Source: Octopus sinensis (lineage: Eukaryota). Taken from it: DNA of 64,000 bases. The stretch is taken from assembly GCF_006345805.1 (NCBI RefSeq), contig NC_043002.1:39556001-39620000 (forward strand), written 5' to 3'. Below are positions 37,808 through 50,894 of the stretch, piece by piece; position 1 is the stretch's first letter, and each line of letters opens with the position of its first letter. The notes below the pieces were generated by a model that did no database searches, was not told the origin of the DNA, and worked only from the letters and a program-made list of their open reading frames with translations. A program made the position numbers and the translations under genes.

Positions 37808-38140
37808 TGAGAATCAAAATCGAAATCGATCAACATCAATGGAAATTGTAGCTGTGATACCAGTGCTGTTGGCATGTAAGAGAACCATCTGAACGTGGCT
37901 GTGACATGTAAAAAGCACCATCCGATCGTGGCCGTTTGCCAGCCTCGCCTGGCCTCTGTGCCCGTGGCATGTAAAAAGTACCCACTACAATCACGGAGTG
38001 GTTGGCGTTAGGAAGGGCATCCAGCCGTAGAAACATTGCCAGATCAAACTGGGCCTGGTGCAGCCTTCTGGCTTCCCAGACCCCAGTTGAACTGTCCAAC
38101 CCATGCTAGCATGGAAAACGGATGCTAAACAATGATGATG
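37808..38140 (+). mobile_element. RTE-type 3' fragment (family C)
   Basis: Ends AACAATGATGATG; flanked by ATTTAG at 37802-37807 and 38141-38146. Confidence 0.85.
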
Positions 38141-38239
38141 ATTTAGAAGTAACAGAATAACTCAAGGTCAGAGAGTGTGGTGCATTGGCACTTATCAAAC
38201 ATATAAGTGCCAACACACTTATATGTTTAATAATAATAA

Positions 38240-38455
38240 TCCTTTCTACTACTATAGGCACAAGGCCTGCATTTGGTGGGGAGGGGGACAGTCGATTACA
38301 TCAACTCTAGTACTCAACTGGTACTTAATCTATCGAGCCCAAAAGGATGACAGGCAAAGTCAACCTCAGTAGAATTTGAACTCAGAACGTTGTAGCAGAT
38401 GAAATATCACTAAGCATTTTGCCCAGCATGCTAACAATTCTGTCAGCTCACTGCC
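38240..38455 (-). mobile_element. SINE family A
   Basis: Reverse match to the family consensus seen in this window. Confidence 0.85.
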
Positions 38456-38505
38456 TTTTTTTTAATGTGTGTGTGTATATATATATACACACACACTTTT
38501 TTTAA

Positions 38506-38557
<52 letters not shown>

Positions 38558-38759
38558 ACTCTATTTCTGTCTATCAGCCCTTTCATGCTTATTTGTTCAT
38601 TCCACTCTTTGTTCTTTCGTTCTCCCTCTCTTACATTTCTTTGCCTTTTCTTCTCACTCACTTTCCCTCCAGTTTTCACTTCACTGTGTCCATCATTTTT
38701 TTTCTCGCCCCTCCTTAATTCTTTTGTCCCACTGCCTCTACCTCCCTCTCTTCTCTTCC

Positions 38760-39260
38760 CATGTGACTGGTGTTTGGCCAAGCCTGATCTTTCTTTCTTG
38801 GTCGATATTCCTCCCTGTGCCTGTGAAATCTTTTGTCCCTGCCATAAGGCTTCATTTCCACACACGCCAGCTTAACTTAATTCGTCCTTGGTTGAAAGAT
38901 ACCTGTTGTTATGTCCTGTTATTATTTTTATTGTATTTGTGTAACATTGTCTGTTTTTTTCCGTCCTTGTTTTTGTATACATTTGCTGCTTTCTGCCAAG
39001 GAATCTAATGCTCTTAGCTTAGTTTTTCCTTTGGGCTGGCCGGATTAGAGCAATCTCGAGTATAATCAGCCGAAATTGTGAAGATAATCTGGTACTCGAC
39101 TGAGGAAAGAAAGCTTCGAATGACCCATCCTTGTTTTCTTTGTATCGTCTATCTGGATGTTTTGTTGTCCCATTTTTGTATCACCTAACTGTCCAGATGT
39201 CTTGCGTTCTTGTCCCATTTTGTATTTTATATATATATAGCGGTGTACGTACACTTTCGT
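38760..39260 (+). mobile_element. Possible Penelope-like or other retroelement terminal fragment
   Basis: CpG-containing segment between microsatellites with CTGAGGA...CTTCGAA and a pyrimidine-rich tail; weak evidence. Confidence 0.3.
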
Positions 39261-39264
39261 CTCT

Positions 39265-39297
<33 letters not shown>

Positions 39298-40821
39298 GTG
39301 TGTGTGTGTTGGTGCAAATAAGAAAAATAGAACTCAAAATATAAGCATATGTATATTTTTATAAATATTTAGCAGAAGTAACAGAGTGACTCAAGGTCAG
39401 AGAGTTTGATGCGTTGGTGCTCATCAAACTTGTTTGATAAGTGCCAACATACCAAACCATATTTGCTGATGTATAAGATGCACTCTTGCATAAGGTACAT
39501 GCTTAATTTACTAATATATTTTGTGGAAAAAAAAACAAACCGTAGTATGTTTTATCATACACTTATTGAAAGATGTTTTGAAGTGGTTTTGTACGGGGAA
39601 ACTATATAAATCTGTGTATATAAATGCAATGCTGTGACAGTATACTGTAATAAAGTTTGAAACCATTAACTTAGCATAAGTAAACGACATTTTAAGAGCA
39701 TCATATTATACCTTCATCTTTTTACAATTCCATTGTATAGTTGTTTATTATATTTTGATTAAGAAAATTGCCATTCAGGATGTGAAGCTGGCTGTGATGT
39801 TTTGTGTAACAGCGCTCACCCACCAAGGTGGTGTGCCACTGCTATGGTTTTGTTGTCATCCACTTGTTGCAAATAGTTGACTGGCAGATAAAAATTTAAT
39901 ATTCCTTTCATCTTTCTAGGAAAATTTTTCCATTTATGTTTTGTAAAGATACTTAATTGAATCAGTAAATAATGTAAGATACATATCAGGTATGGGTTAT
40001 GTATACTGAGGAAGGATATATAATGAGATGAGGCAACGACCCCACAATACTACTGTGATGTACTAAAAGCAATTTTTCATAAGTTTGTGCTAACAGTCTG
40101 TGATGATTTGGCTTGTTTTCAATATTTTATTATTAGTAGCAAATATTGTACCTAGCAGAGTTATGCTCATCTGTTTTCCCTAGCCTTTGATATCCGGTGT
40201 CCCATCCTTATTAAATCTGCATTAGATGTGAGGCAATTTTCAATACATTTAAAAACAAAGTATGTCTTGCACACTGGTAAATACAGTATATATTTTATAT
40301 ATAATGTTGATAGTGACTTTAAAGTTTTGGCAAATCTGGTTTTTGGTCTATGCTCATATTCATGCCACTGACTACTCTGAGTTATTTCTCTTAGCTCATT
40401 TTTGTTTAATGTAGATGTATGTATGTATGTGTGTGTATAAACATAATACATATATGTTGGCCTGGTCCTGAAAACAGAGGACATGTAAATATTAGAAAGA
40501 AATGAAGCTAGCATGCTCTATTGGCTACTCAACATCAGTGTGCATGTGCTACAAATTGCATGTGTTGAGAGAAAAATTGGGAATCCGGTGTTATATGCAA
40601 GTAAGAAATGTGTGCTGGCATGATCATGTAATGAGTATATATATATATATATCAAATATGAATTAAAATCAGAACACAAAGGATATCGTGGTACATGTGT
40701 TTCAAGCTTTATAAACAATCTGTTATTAGGTTTATCATATCTCCTTGAAAAAGTACATTTGTATAATTGTATAAATGTATAAAGATTCATTGGATTTCAA
40801 AAATCTGCCCATACTGATTGT

Positions 40822-41038
40822 GGGCGTTACCAGCCTCCTCTGGCCCCTGTGCCGGTGGCACATAAAAAGCACCCACTACACTCATGGAGTGGTTGGCATT
40901 AGGAAGGGCATCCAGCTGTAGAAACAGTGCCAGATCAGACTGGAGCCTGGTGCAGCCTCCTGGCTTCCCAGACCCCGGTCAAACCGTCAAACCTATGACA
41001 GCATGGAAAACGGACGTTAAATGATGATGATAATGATA
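40822..41038 (+). mobile_element. RTE-type 3' fragment (family C)
   Basis: GTGGCACATAAAAAGCACC...AGGAAGGGCATCCAG...GACGTTAAATGATGATG. Confidence 0.85.
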
Positions 41039-41406
41039 TACATACATATATATAAAATCATTATCATCCTTCGTTTTTCTTTTATAGTTTCAAAGGCCTT
41101 TGATATGTCATTGTTATCTCAATTGTTCACTGTTAAAATTTGATTTGCAGACATTCTGTTCACTTTCCTGGGGCTATTCTATAGGTACTATATATTTAGA
41201 TTAGTAGGATTAGCTGTATAGTGGAAAGCATGTGGAGTGTGATTGCAATCAAGACATATGATGGTGATTTCTGGATCTATGCTACTGTGACATATAGTAT
41301 GGCCTAAAACCTACAGCACAAATGTGCTTGTAAACATCTTTGTTTCTTATGGTAGACATTCTTCTTTCTTACTGATTTTGAGCTGGTCTGGTGGTGAGTA
41401 GTTTTA

Positions 41407-41728
41407 CAGTACTGTAACTGGCACTCTGTCAGTTACGATGACGATGGTTCCAGTTGATCCAATCAATGAAATAACTTCCTCATGAAATTAATGTACAAGT
41501 GGCTGAGTACTCCATGGATACATATGCCCTTAACATAGTTTTCAGGGAGATTTAGTGTGACAGTATGTGACAAGGCTGACTCTTTGAAATACAGGTACTA
41601 CTCACTTTTGCTAGCTGACTGGACTGGAGCAATGTGAAATAAAATGTCTCGGTCAAGGACACAACACACCACCAGGAATTGAACTTGCGACCTTATGATC
41701 ATGAACCGAATACCTTAACCACCAAGTC
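41407..41728 (-). mobile_element. tRNA-derived CORE-like SINE (family E variant)
   Basis: Homolog of 27465-27717. Confidence 0.8.
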
Positions 41729-41892
41729 CCGCAACTTCTGTTGTACTGTGTGAAGCTGATAACTGTGAATCACATCCTCAACTAGTCAGTTTTTTTCAGT
41801 GTCATTTCCTGGTTTTCTATGCATGAGTTTTTTTGTTGAATTTTTGTGAGTAGATTTGGCTTAACTTTTCATTTATATTCTGGATCTGTAGT

Positions 41893-42325
41893 TAGATACA
41901 GACGTGGTTATGTCATCCAGAAGCTCATTTTGCAACCACACGGTTTTGGGTTCAGTCAGGCAAGTGACTACCACAAATAGCTCCAGACCAACTAATAATA
42001 CTTTGGGAGTAAATTTGGCAAATGGAAACTGTGATAACCTGTTATACATATATGTGTGTGTGTGTGTGTGTGTGTTTTCGTGTCTGTTTGCCCTCCACCC
42101 ACTCCATCTCACTCTACCACTTGACAACTGATGTTGGTTTGTTTACATCCCTTTGACCTCGAGATTCAGTGAAGACAACTGATAGGATAAGTACCAGACT
42201 TAAAAAATAAGTACTGGAGCTGACTTGTTCAACTGAACCCCCACCCCTAAAAAGAAAAACACCTTTCCAAGTGGTATCCCAGCATGGCCATAGTTCAGTG
42301 ACTGAGACAAGTAAGCAAAAGGTGA
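41893..42325 (+). mobile_element. Diverged SINE family B
   Basis: Head, (TG)n and tail recognisable. Confidence 0.8.
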
Positions 42326-43089
42326 AGGATAATTATGGTGATATAAATAACTTCTATTGCGAAACCAGAATGTATGATTGCAGTTGTACTTTACAGTATT
42401 TTTCTCTCGTGATATAGATCAGTGGTTCTTAACCATTTTCTTTGTAGAGTCCCTCGTTTAAGTAGTTGTTATGCCTAGCACTCACTTAAGTGGTGAGTGA
42501 GGTATCACAACTAAACTAACATCACATGGATGATAATTTATAAATTTTACTCTAAATATGGATTGTATAAGTTTTTACAGTGAAACGATAAACTGACAAA
42601 GACAGAAGTTGTAAGTTTACTTTAAGCATTGCAAGTTAATGACTTTCCTGTACCTAATGAGATCTCACTTTATTTTAATAACCATTACTAGTTTTATCAT
42701 ATGTTCTATAATTACTACTATAGATAAAATTTACTATGTTTGTTATCTAACTTAACACGGATGATAATTATAAATTTTACTCTAAAAATGGATTGTATTA
42801 AGCTTTTAATAGTGACATGATTAAAAAAAAATTAAGTTGTAAGTTTGACTTCCCTGTGCCTGATGAGATCTCATTTTGTTTTAATGACCAAATGACCATT
42901 ACTAGTTTTATCATATACAATATTAAATTACTACTACAGGTAAAATTTAGCATGTTAGTTGTGTTACCTCACTGCCTCCTAAAGCCTAATGTCCCTTTTG
43001 ACATGCCCAATGCTCCCTTGGTGGGAATGTACCATGTTGAGAATCTCTGCTTTAGATGGTCTTCAATTAGCATATGTACAACTTACGGA

Positions 43090-43307
43090 CGGTGAGCTGG
43101 CAGAATCGTTAGCACGTCGGGTGAAATGCTTCGCGGTATTTCGACTGCCGTTACGTTCTGAGTTCAAATTCCGCCGAGGTCGACTTTGCCTTTCATCCTT
43201 TTGGGGTCGATAAATTAAGTACCAGTTACGCACTGGGGTCAATGTAACTGACTTAAGCCCTTGTTTGTCCCCTCTGTGTTTAGCCCCCTGTGGGCAATAA
43301 AGAAATA
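43090..43307 (+). mobile_element. Young SINE family A
   Basis: Near-identical to the 22439 and 57444 copies. Confidence 0.92.
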
Positions 43308-43683
43308 AATATGTATAACTTACATTTTCTTTTGTTGTATCCAATGCTAACATTCACCATATTGGGCTTGCATAATTGAGGCCTATATTCAAAGGCATTC
43401 TCACTGTGGCCATTCTCCCTTTTTAGGGCTATCCTGGACTAATTATGTAAGATGTCTTTTCTATATTTAAGATATTAGTGTGATTTTTGAAGTTATAGCT
43501 GTGGTTTCTAGTAAAATATGTGATCATGTAGAGGCTCTCTTGTTGACTTGATATTGATTTCTTTGATACAATGGGTGTTTTTTTTTTCTGTTGTTTCATA
43601 GACATACTTGATTGAGTCATTTGTAATATTACTAATAGTTTCTGAGAGAGGTAAAAGAAACCTTTATGTTATTTAACTTTATA

Positions 43684-44062
43684 GGCACAGGTGTGGCTGT
43701 GTGGTAAGAAGCTTGCTTCCTAACTACGTAGTTCTGGTTTCAGTCCCACTACGTGGCAACTTGGGCAAGTGTCTTCTACTATATCCTTGGGCTGATCAAA
43801 GCCATGTAAGTGGATTTGGTTGATGGAAACTGAAAGAAGACTGTCATATATATATTTATATATATGTGTGTGTCTGTGTTTGTCCCCCCTCCATCGCTTG
43901 ACAACCGATGCTGGTGTGTTTACGTCCCCGAAACTTAGCAGTTTGACAAAAGAGACTGATAGAATAAGGGCTAGACTTACAGAGAAAAAGTCCTGAGGTC
44001 AATTTCTTCGACTAAAGGCGGTGCTCCAGCATGGCTGAAACGAGTAAAAGAATGAAAGAATA
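43684..44062 (+). mobile_element. Full-length SINE family B
   Basis: Head GGCACAGGTGTGGCTGTGTGG to tail GTAAAAGAATGAAAGAATA. Confidence 0.9.
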
Positions 44063-45358
44063 TTGTTTGACATACAAACTAAATGCGATAGTATCTATTT
44101 CTCTTTCCTGTCTTGTTACAATTCAACTAATTTTCCTCGCATTCTTTTGACATAACACAGGAAATTTCTGTACAGATATAGTTTGCAGACCATTGACCTG
44201 ATCCCAATATGTTACTGATACTTAATTTATTGACTCAACAGTCAGTCAGGTATGGCAGTAATCCTATTAAAGTAAGATTAACCATTTTGATACTAAATCT
44301 CTTGAGGAAACTATTAGTACTTTAGTTCAATCCTTTCTGTTTGAAAGTGATTCGTGTTAAAAGTTCCCACCAAAATTTCATGTTGATTTATGTTTCAAAC
44401 ACTAACCTAGCAATGAAAAAAATTATTCCATACATTCTTTATTGGTTTTCTGCTTCTGTAAATTCACTGCACTATCATTTATAAGTATTAAAAAAGTAGT
44501 TTTCCATATGTTCCGCAAGGTGATCATGAGTAACTTTGTCTCTTTGATATAGAGACACTTCATAGTATGTAGCTTATATTTTCAGAATGTAGTTTCTGTT
44601 CAGTGAGTAAATTGAACATGTGTGTATAATTATGTATCACTTTACTTTCACTGGTGAGAGAAAACCACTTTTATTTAGTCCCAATGAACCAGAAGCTGTT
44701 TATCTTAAAGAACACAGGAGACTTTTTATGAAGTGAAAATTATTTTCCCTGCTTTCCCTTCAAAGAAATATTTTATCTCTGTTTGTATTTTTTTAAAAAA
44801 TAGTTTGTTGTTGCCATTCTGTTATTCCAGATTTTTACAAATAAATAAATTAAATGTAGAAGAAAAACTAGGAAAAGCCATTACATTCTGTATTTATTGG
44901 AATATGCTCATTAAAGGAAAATAAATATTTCGATAAATCTTCTCATTGTTTTATAGAAAGCCTAAGTGCTACAAATGAATGCAACAAAACATATTGTGAA
45001 GGTGATGCTATTATTTTTGTTGATGTTGTTATTTTAGTTTTATTCAGCTCAAACTATAAATAGCTAGATTTAGAGTTATCTTTATAAAGAAGAGTTAGGA
45101 AAAGGATTTAGGTTAGTATGGTAACATTTGTTTGTAATAAGTGTAATGTTTTAAAAGGTCTATTGATAAAACAACTGATGGTGTAGAACAAAAGCTATCC
45201 TAGCTATATTGATATTTCACTGATTAGTATCATATTTCAGCCTGAAAGATGCTGGCAGTTAACAAATTTGGGTTAGTTGAGTCTAATTATAACTAGTGCA
45301 TGACCTGTGGCTTATGCCCAGAGTAAGTAATACTTTGTTTCACTGAAATATAGGTGTG

Positions 45359-45389
<31 letters not shown>

Positions 45390-45580
45390 CAACAAAAAAT
45401 TAAGTAAAAGAGTGTAAAACAAGCAATAATAAATCTCTGAACAAAGTATAGACAGTAACTGCACATTGTCGTGCAGTTACTGTCTATACCTTGTTCAGAG
45501 ATTTATTATTGCTTGTTAACACTTTTTCAAGATCACTGGAAAAAGGATATATGTATTTGCATTGGGACCCTTCCATCGAA

Positions 45581-45651
45581 AACCTGTGATTGTCGTGCGC
45601 TGATGACAGGTCAATACCCAGAAACTGCAGTCCGTGCGTATCACTTAGGTT
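45581..45651 (+). ncRNA. Type I hammerhead ribozyme motif (helix II base degenerate)
   Basis: CUGAUGA 45600-45606, helix II GGU-CAAU-ACC, GAAA 45621-45624, palindromic helix III CUGCAG, GUC cleavage triplet ending at 45632, and an extended helix I. Confidence 0.75.
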
Positions 45652-47069
45652 GACGAGGGAAGGATGACCTCCCTTTGCCAATACCGATAGGGCACAGAAA
45701 ATGTGTCAATAGCCAGCTAGAGAATATGTTCTCCTGGGGCTACAAGCTACAGTAACATCCACCCTTAGTAGTTAGCCATATTTAGATGGCAAATATACTT
45801 CACAGTGTAAAACAATATCGAAATAAAAGAAACAGTCAATAGGTCAAAATATATTAGTTAGTTTCTATTCATTTTTATTTCTGTATATGACATTATGTAC
45901 AACAAATCACAGACAGGAAATGTTGACAATCAACAACGTCTATGTAGACAATGTTTTCAGTGAATTTAACATTTTTATAATTAGGCTGTCTGTTAGGTCT
46001 ATTTGGTATTGACTTTAACTGGCAAAAATCTTTACCTTTGACAGATCCCCAAACTCTACTGAGAATGATACAACTGACCATATGTGAACATGTTAGTAGT
46101 ATGGTAAAGAAAAACTATTATTTATTCATTTATTAGTTGTTTTTTTTTTTTAAAGAGAAATTCAAAGAATGGAGATTCATAATTTTTTTTTTTTCACTTC
46201 GAAATTAACTTTTTTGAGACTTTTATTTTTATTTTCAAAAGTGGTAGCTTAATATATTTGACAACTGTGCTGAGAAATATAATGTGTGTGCCTGTGAACA
46301 TACATACAATGGGAGAAAGAGGGAGAGTTGTGAACCCAACCAGAAATTATGTCACAGACAGACAGATTTCACAAAAATTGTAAAAATGATTTGTTCATGG
46401 TATTAAATTCTTTTGACTTCTGTGTGAAGTGTGCAGCCATTTTTTAATTGTCTCTGCCATCTCCTATTATGGTATATTTATGTTGATGTTTTATTCGTGT
46501 GGTCTGCACTGTAAAGTTTTATTTTGATTCTTAATTATACCTACATTGCTAAAACTCCAGGGAAAAGGTTTGAACCTGGCATAATCACTTTCTGCTTATA
46601 ATATTTAGTGCTTGAATCAATGTTTGACTCTTAAAAAGATTCTTTTAATTACAAATTACACATTTTGAAATTACATTAAAACATTTAAAAATTATATAAA
46701 AAAAAAAGCACTTTTCTATGCTTAACTATATCTAGACATATATGAAAAACATAAAATATATTATTAGCTGAAAATGATTTTTCAAGATAATTTTTGGAGA
46801 AAATTACAATAATGATATCTTATCACCATCATTTAACATCCACTTTTCCATGTTTGCATGGGTCAGATGGAATTTGTTGATGGAATACAGTTTTTCTACA
46901 GCCAGATGCCCCTCTTGTTGCCAACCCTCAACTATTTTCTAGCAAGGTAATATTTTTCCATAATTAAAGGAATGAATAACCTTGCTTTTATGATGATGAT
47001 GCTCATTTACATTCATCACGTGATTTCTCAACAAAAGTACACACTAATACACACACAGATGCATACATA

Positions 47070-47212
47070 TTTATAGATATACAGGCTTCTTTCAGTTTCC
47101 ATCTACCAAATTCACTCACAAGGCTTGGCCCAGGATTGTAGTAGAAGGTGCCATGCAATGGGACTGAGTCCACAACCATATGGTTGGGAAACAAGCTTCT
47201 TAATCACACAGC
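47070..47212 (-). mobile_element. SINE family B, 5' half
   Basis: Matches the family head. Confidence 0.8.
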
Positions 47213-47334
47213 TTCAGAAAGATCTACGCTGAGATTGCTAGAATTAAAGATCCGAGAAAACAATTTATTCTATTGTTTCATATATTTCCAATGATTGTAT
47301 TTCACTGTATTTCTGCACTGTCTGTAACAAAGCA

Positions 47335-47548
47335 CATGATTTGATACTGCAGAATCTAAGTGCCCAGTATACTCTGTAGAGTGGTTGCTTTTTATGTGGC
47401 ACCTTGGCTTTGTTGTGGTGGGTGGGTCTTCTTGAGTACAGAAATGTGCCACATATCTTGGTCCTCTGTCATCCTCTTTGTAAGGTTTAACGTTTTGAGA
47501 TTGCCCTTCAGTACTTTTCCCATGTTTTCCTGGGTCTCTCTCTTCCAC
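47335..47548 (-). pseudogene. RTE LINE ORF2 C-terminus plus start of the 3' UTR
   Basis: Translation RPRKTWEKVLKGNLKTLNLTKRMTEDQDMWHISVLKKT, followed by GGTGCCACATAAAAAGCA. Confidence 0.75.
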
Positions 47549-50500
47549 ATTAATAACGACAAAGTTATTTTATTAAATTCATAATTGAATCAATAGAAAT
47601 ATGGTTACAGAAGGGTTAAACAAACATACACAGAATTTTAAACCTATCAGAATGCTTTCAGATATTGGACTAATTGATTCAAATCTATTGGTCCAATATC
47701 TGAATCAAATCTTTGTAATGATTAAGAAAAGCTTATGAATTTTACAGATTGTAGAATTTTCCAGTCTATCCATGCTAGTATATCCCAATAGTGTTATCTT
47801 ACTTAGAGAGGCAAATTCTTTGCAACATTGACTTATTATCATTTGTGTTGTGAAGTAATTCTGAAAGAGAAAATAGTTAGGTACTGAAGCTAGACTGCTG
47901 TCTAATTTCAATAGAGGTTATTATATGAAAAGCTCATGTGGCATTTTTTTTTTTAATTAGATTCAGAAAATCATGAATTGGTTAGTAGCACATAAATTCA
48001 AATTCAATTGTAGGAAATTCTTTGGAGCAGCTAACAAAATAGACGAATGTAATTATCTTCAAGTATGATTATACGTGTCAGTATTATAATTAGAGTTGTA
48101 GAAAGTACTTTATCTTGAAAAGATTTCCAGCAAACAAAGATTTTACTTCTTAAAATTCCTTCTAGAAAATGGTAGAATTTTCTTTAATCGAGTTTAAAAA
48201 GTATCCAGATGCCATCATCAGCATCATTTCAAAGTACACTTTTTTTTTTCTATAATGAGAAATCCTATCTAGACATGTATTCAAAATAACATCTTATCTA
48301 AACAGCTGTTCGGTTTAAGAAGTCAAAATGGAAACCAGAGCCTCTGAATCTAAAGTGAAGTTCAGACTTTACTTGCATAAAAATAGATTGTAACTCTTGT
48401 TGTTTGATCAATCTAGTATTACTTCTATCGATAGTGTAACATTTCACCATTTGTTTTCTGGAATATTTTTTTTCCTGTTTTCTCTTTGTTTAACACAAAG
48501 AAGTCTTTGTCTTCTTACCTATGGTATATTACTGACATGAATGAAAAGAAACACCAATGTGTTTGAGCACAAAACCCTGAAGTTCTGAACTGTGTACTTA
48601 GCATATTATATAGACTGTCTTTTCAGCATTAACCTAACTGCTTGAGCTTTCTAGAATCATAAAGAAAATAAATATGACAGTCTGTGCAGCTGTGTGGAAG
48701 GTTTTCAAAACATAAAAGTATTGATTTTATTGAAAATTCACTTTCTGCTGTCAGGAAAAGGATACATATATTACATATTGTAAAATATTAACAATGCTAT
48801 TCAGTGAAAATCTCTACGTTTATTTACTTATTTATTATGCAAATACAACATATATGTCAGAATGCTTATGTTTAAGCTCTAAAGAAAAAAAAACCCCAAA
48901 AAATAACAAACAGTATGTCAGATCATTGTGGAAAGGACCTCATAAAGTTGTAACTGGTTCTCTGTAACCTCTTTTCATCAAAATACAAATGTACTACTGA
49001 ATAACTAATAAATTTTGAGAGCGTAGGCACTGATTGGTTATTCAGGTCATCCAACCAAAAAAAAAAAAAAAGTAAAGAAGAGATAAAACACTTACTCAAA
49101 TGTAGCACAATAAAGTAAATGAAAGAAGCATGTTTTTGTCAAAAACTGAATCTATCTACTGAAAATATAACAGAATTTCTAAGAGAAACCAGTGCATTTC
49201 TTTGCAAAATATTTATACTTTGCTCTTTTAATTTCATGCCTATTACAAAATGGGGGAAAAAAATCCTTTGTAAGTAATGTTTCTATACTATTGGCATTAT
49301 TAGGATAATTGTTAAAAATGAAGTAATAATTCCTTTTATGGTAGCAAAGGTGACATTTAATAGGGTAAATTACTAAAGCATTAAGTTTTTTGTTTTTTAT
49401 TTTCATCTTACATCGAGTGTGATATAGAATAGAATACGTAAAATAATTATAATCATAACATTAAGGTGGTTAAATGAAGGAAATTTAATTCCTTCTTTGA
49501 GCTTCTTTTACGCTAAAAAAATGTTGGTATTTAAAAAAGGCGTTGATCATAGGCCTGCTTGAACATATCTGGTCTAATGCTAAACAATCTAACTCTACAT
49601 GCTGAGACACTTTCATATTTCCATGGGGTGTAATCCCATTAAAAAAAAAAATCACTTCCTGGAATATACCTTTTTCAAATACAACTTTCTCTTTTGCGAT
49701 AGTTAACGATGATTCCCCACTAGCAATATAAACACCAGTACTTATATGCATTACAAGTCCATATATGAGAGTCCTCATGGTAAATAATGCAGTGTTTTGT
49801 GTCCTAACACATTTACTTTTGAGTGGGAATAAATTATAACCTCCTTATTTCATACACCTGTTAATATTTTCTTTCTAACATACCTTCATCTCAAATATTT
49901 TAAGAAACAGTGCTACTTTTCCCCATTAATTTTCACAATTTTGTCTTAATTTTCATATATCTATATGATTTGATCTTGCTTTTATTTTTGATTTAATATA
50001 ATTTAATTTATAAACATTTTTTTTAAATTCTTCATTTTTTTTTCTTCTTTTATAAAAATGTTTCCTTAGATAGTATAGTGAACATTGGTTGCTACTCGAA
50101 ATTTAGGTTTGAATTAATTCTATTCCAAGACATGTAATCTTGTTTAAAAAAGAGAAAAAATAGCTTTAGGTGTTTCTCACCAATCCTGAAAACATTTAAC
50201 CTTCCACTGTGTTTCTGTCTTCAATTTAGATTGTTTATGTGGTATTTCCTCACTATTGATTAAATGCCACATTTCAGCACTCCGTGGTGGCAGCAAAATA
50301 ATTGCTGTGTTGTATAATTGCAATAGATATATCCAGCCTTCTCCAATTATTTTAGATTAGTAAATAAAAGTATTACATATTGCCCACATGCACACACACA
50401 GACACATATACACACATACACACGGGAAAGAGCGAAAGGGAGAGAGAAGAAGCATTGATTAAAACATTGGAATTTATGACAACCGAAACCCAAACAACAT

Positions 50501-50857
50501 AAATTTTTAAATACATGTTATTGCCAAAGTCACAAGTTGTCGAGTAAATTTTTGTTCCAGGCTAAACTTCAAAGCTCACCTTAAATATTTCCGGATAAAA
50601 GTTTATCTTAGAAACGTCCTTTTTAATTTGGTTGAAAACCTATGTTTTAAGCAACATTAAATATAATGAAATGTTCAGTTACATCACATGTTTGCTGCCA
50701 GTTGCATGCGAAAACCGTATTAGATCTTTGAAAGTAATGCTGATCTAATTTTCAGATAGGAAGATTTAATGTGTGCGTGTGTGTGTATCTATATAAATGT
50801 ATAAGCATGTGTGTACATATATAAATACATGTGTAAGTGTATGTATAGATATGTATG

Positions 50858-50894
<37 letters not shown>

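Noticed and set aside
39095-39130. Third hammerhead (CTGAGGA-AAGAAAGCTT-CGAAT)
   Set aside because: Helix II is out of register, GAAA is broken, and no helix III/UH or helix I can be built.
41148-43446. Micro-exon candidates on + (ILFTFLGYSI near 41150; GYPGLI at 43427-43446)
   Set aside because: AG/GT-bounded but very short; such matches are expected by chance and cannot be supported without RNA data.
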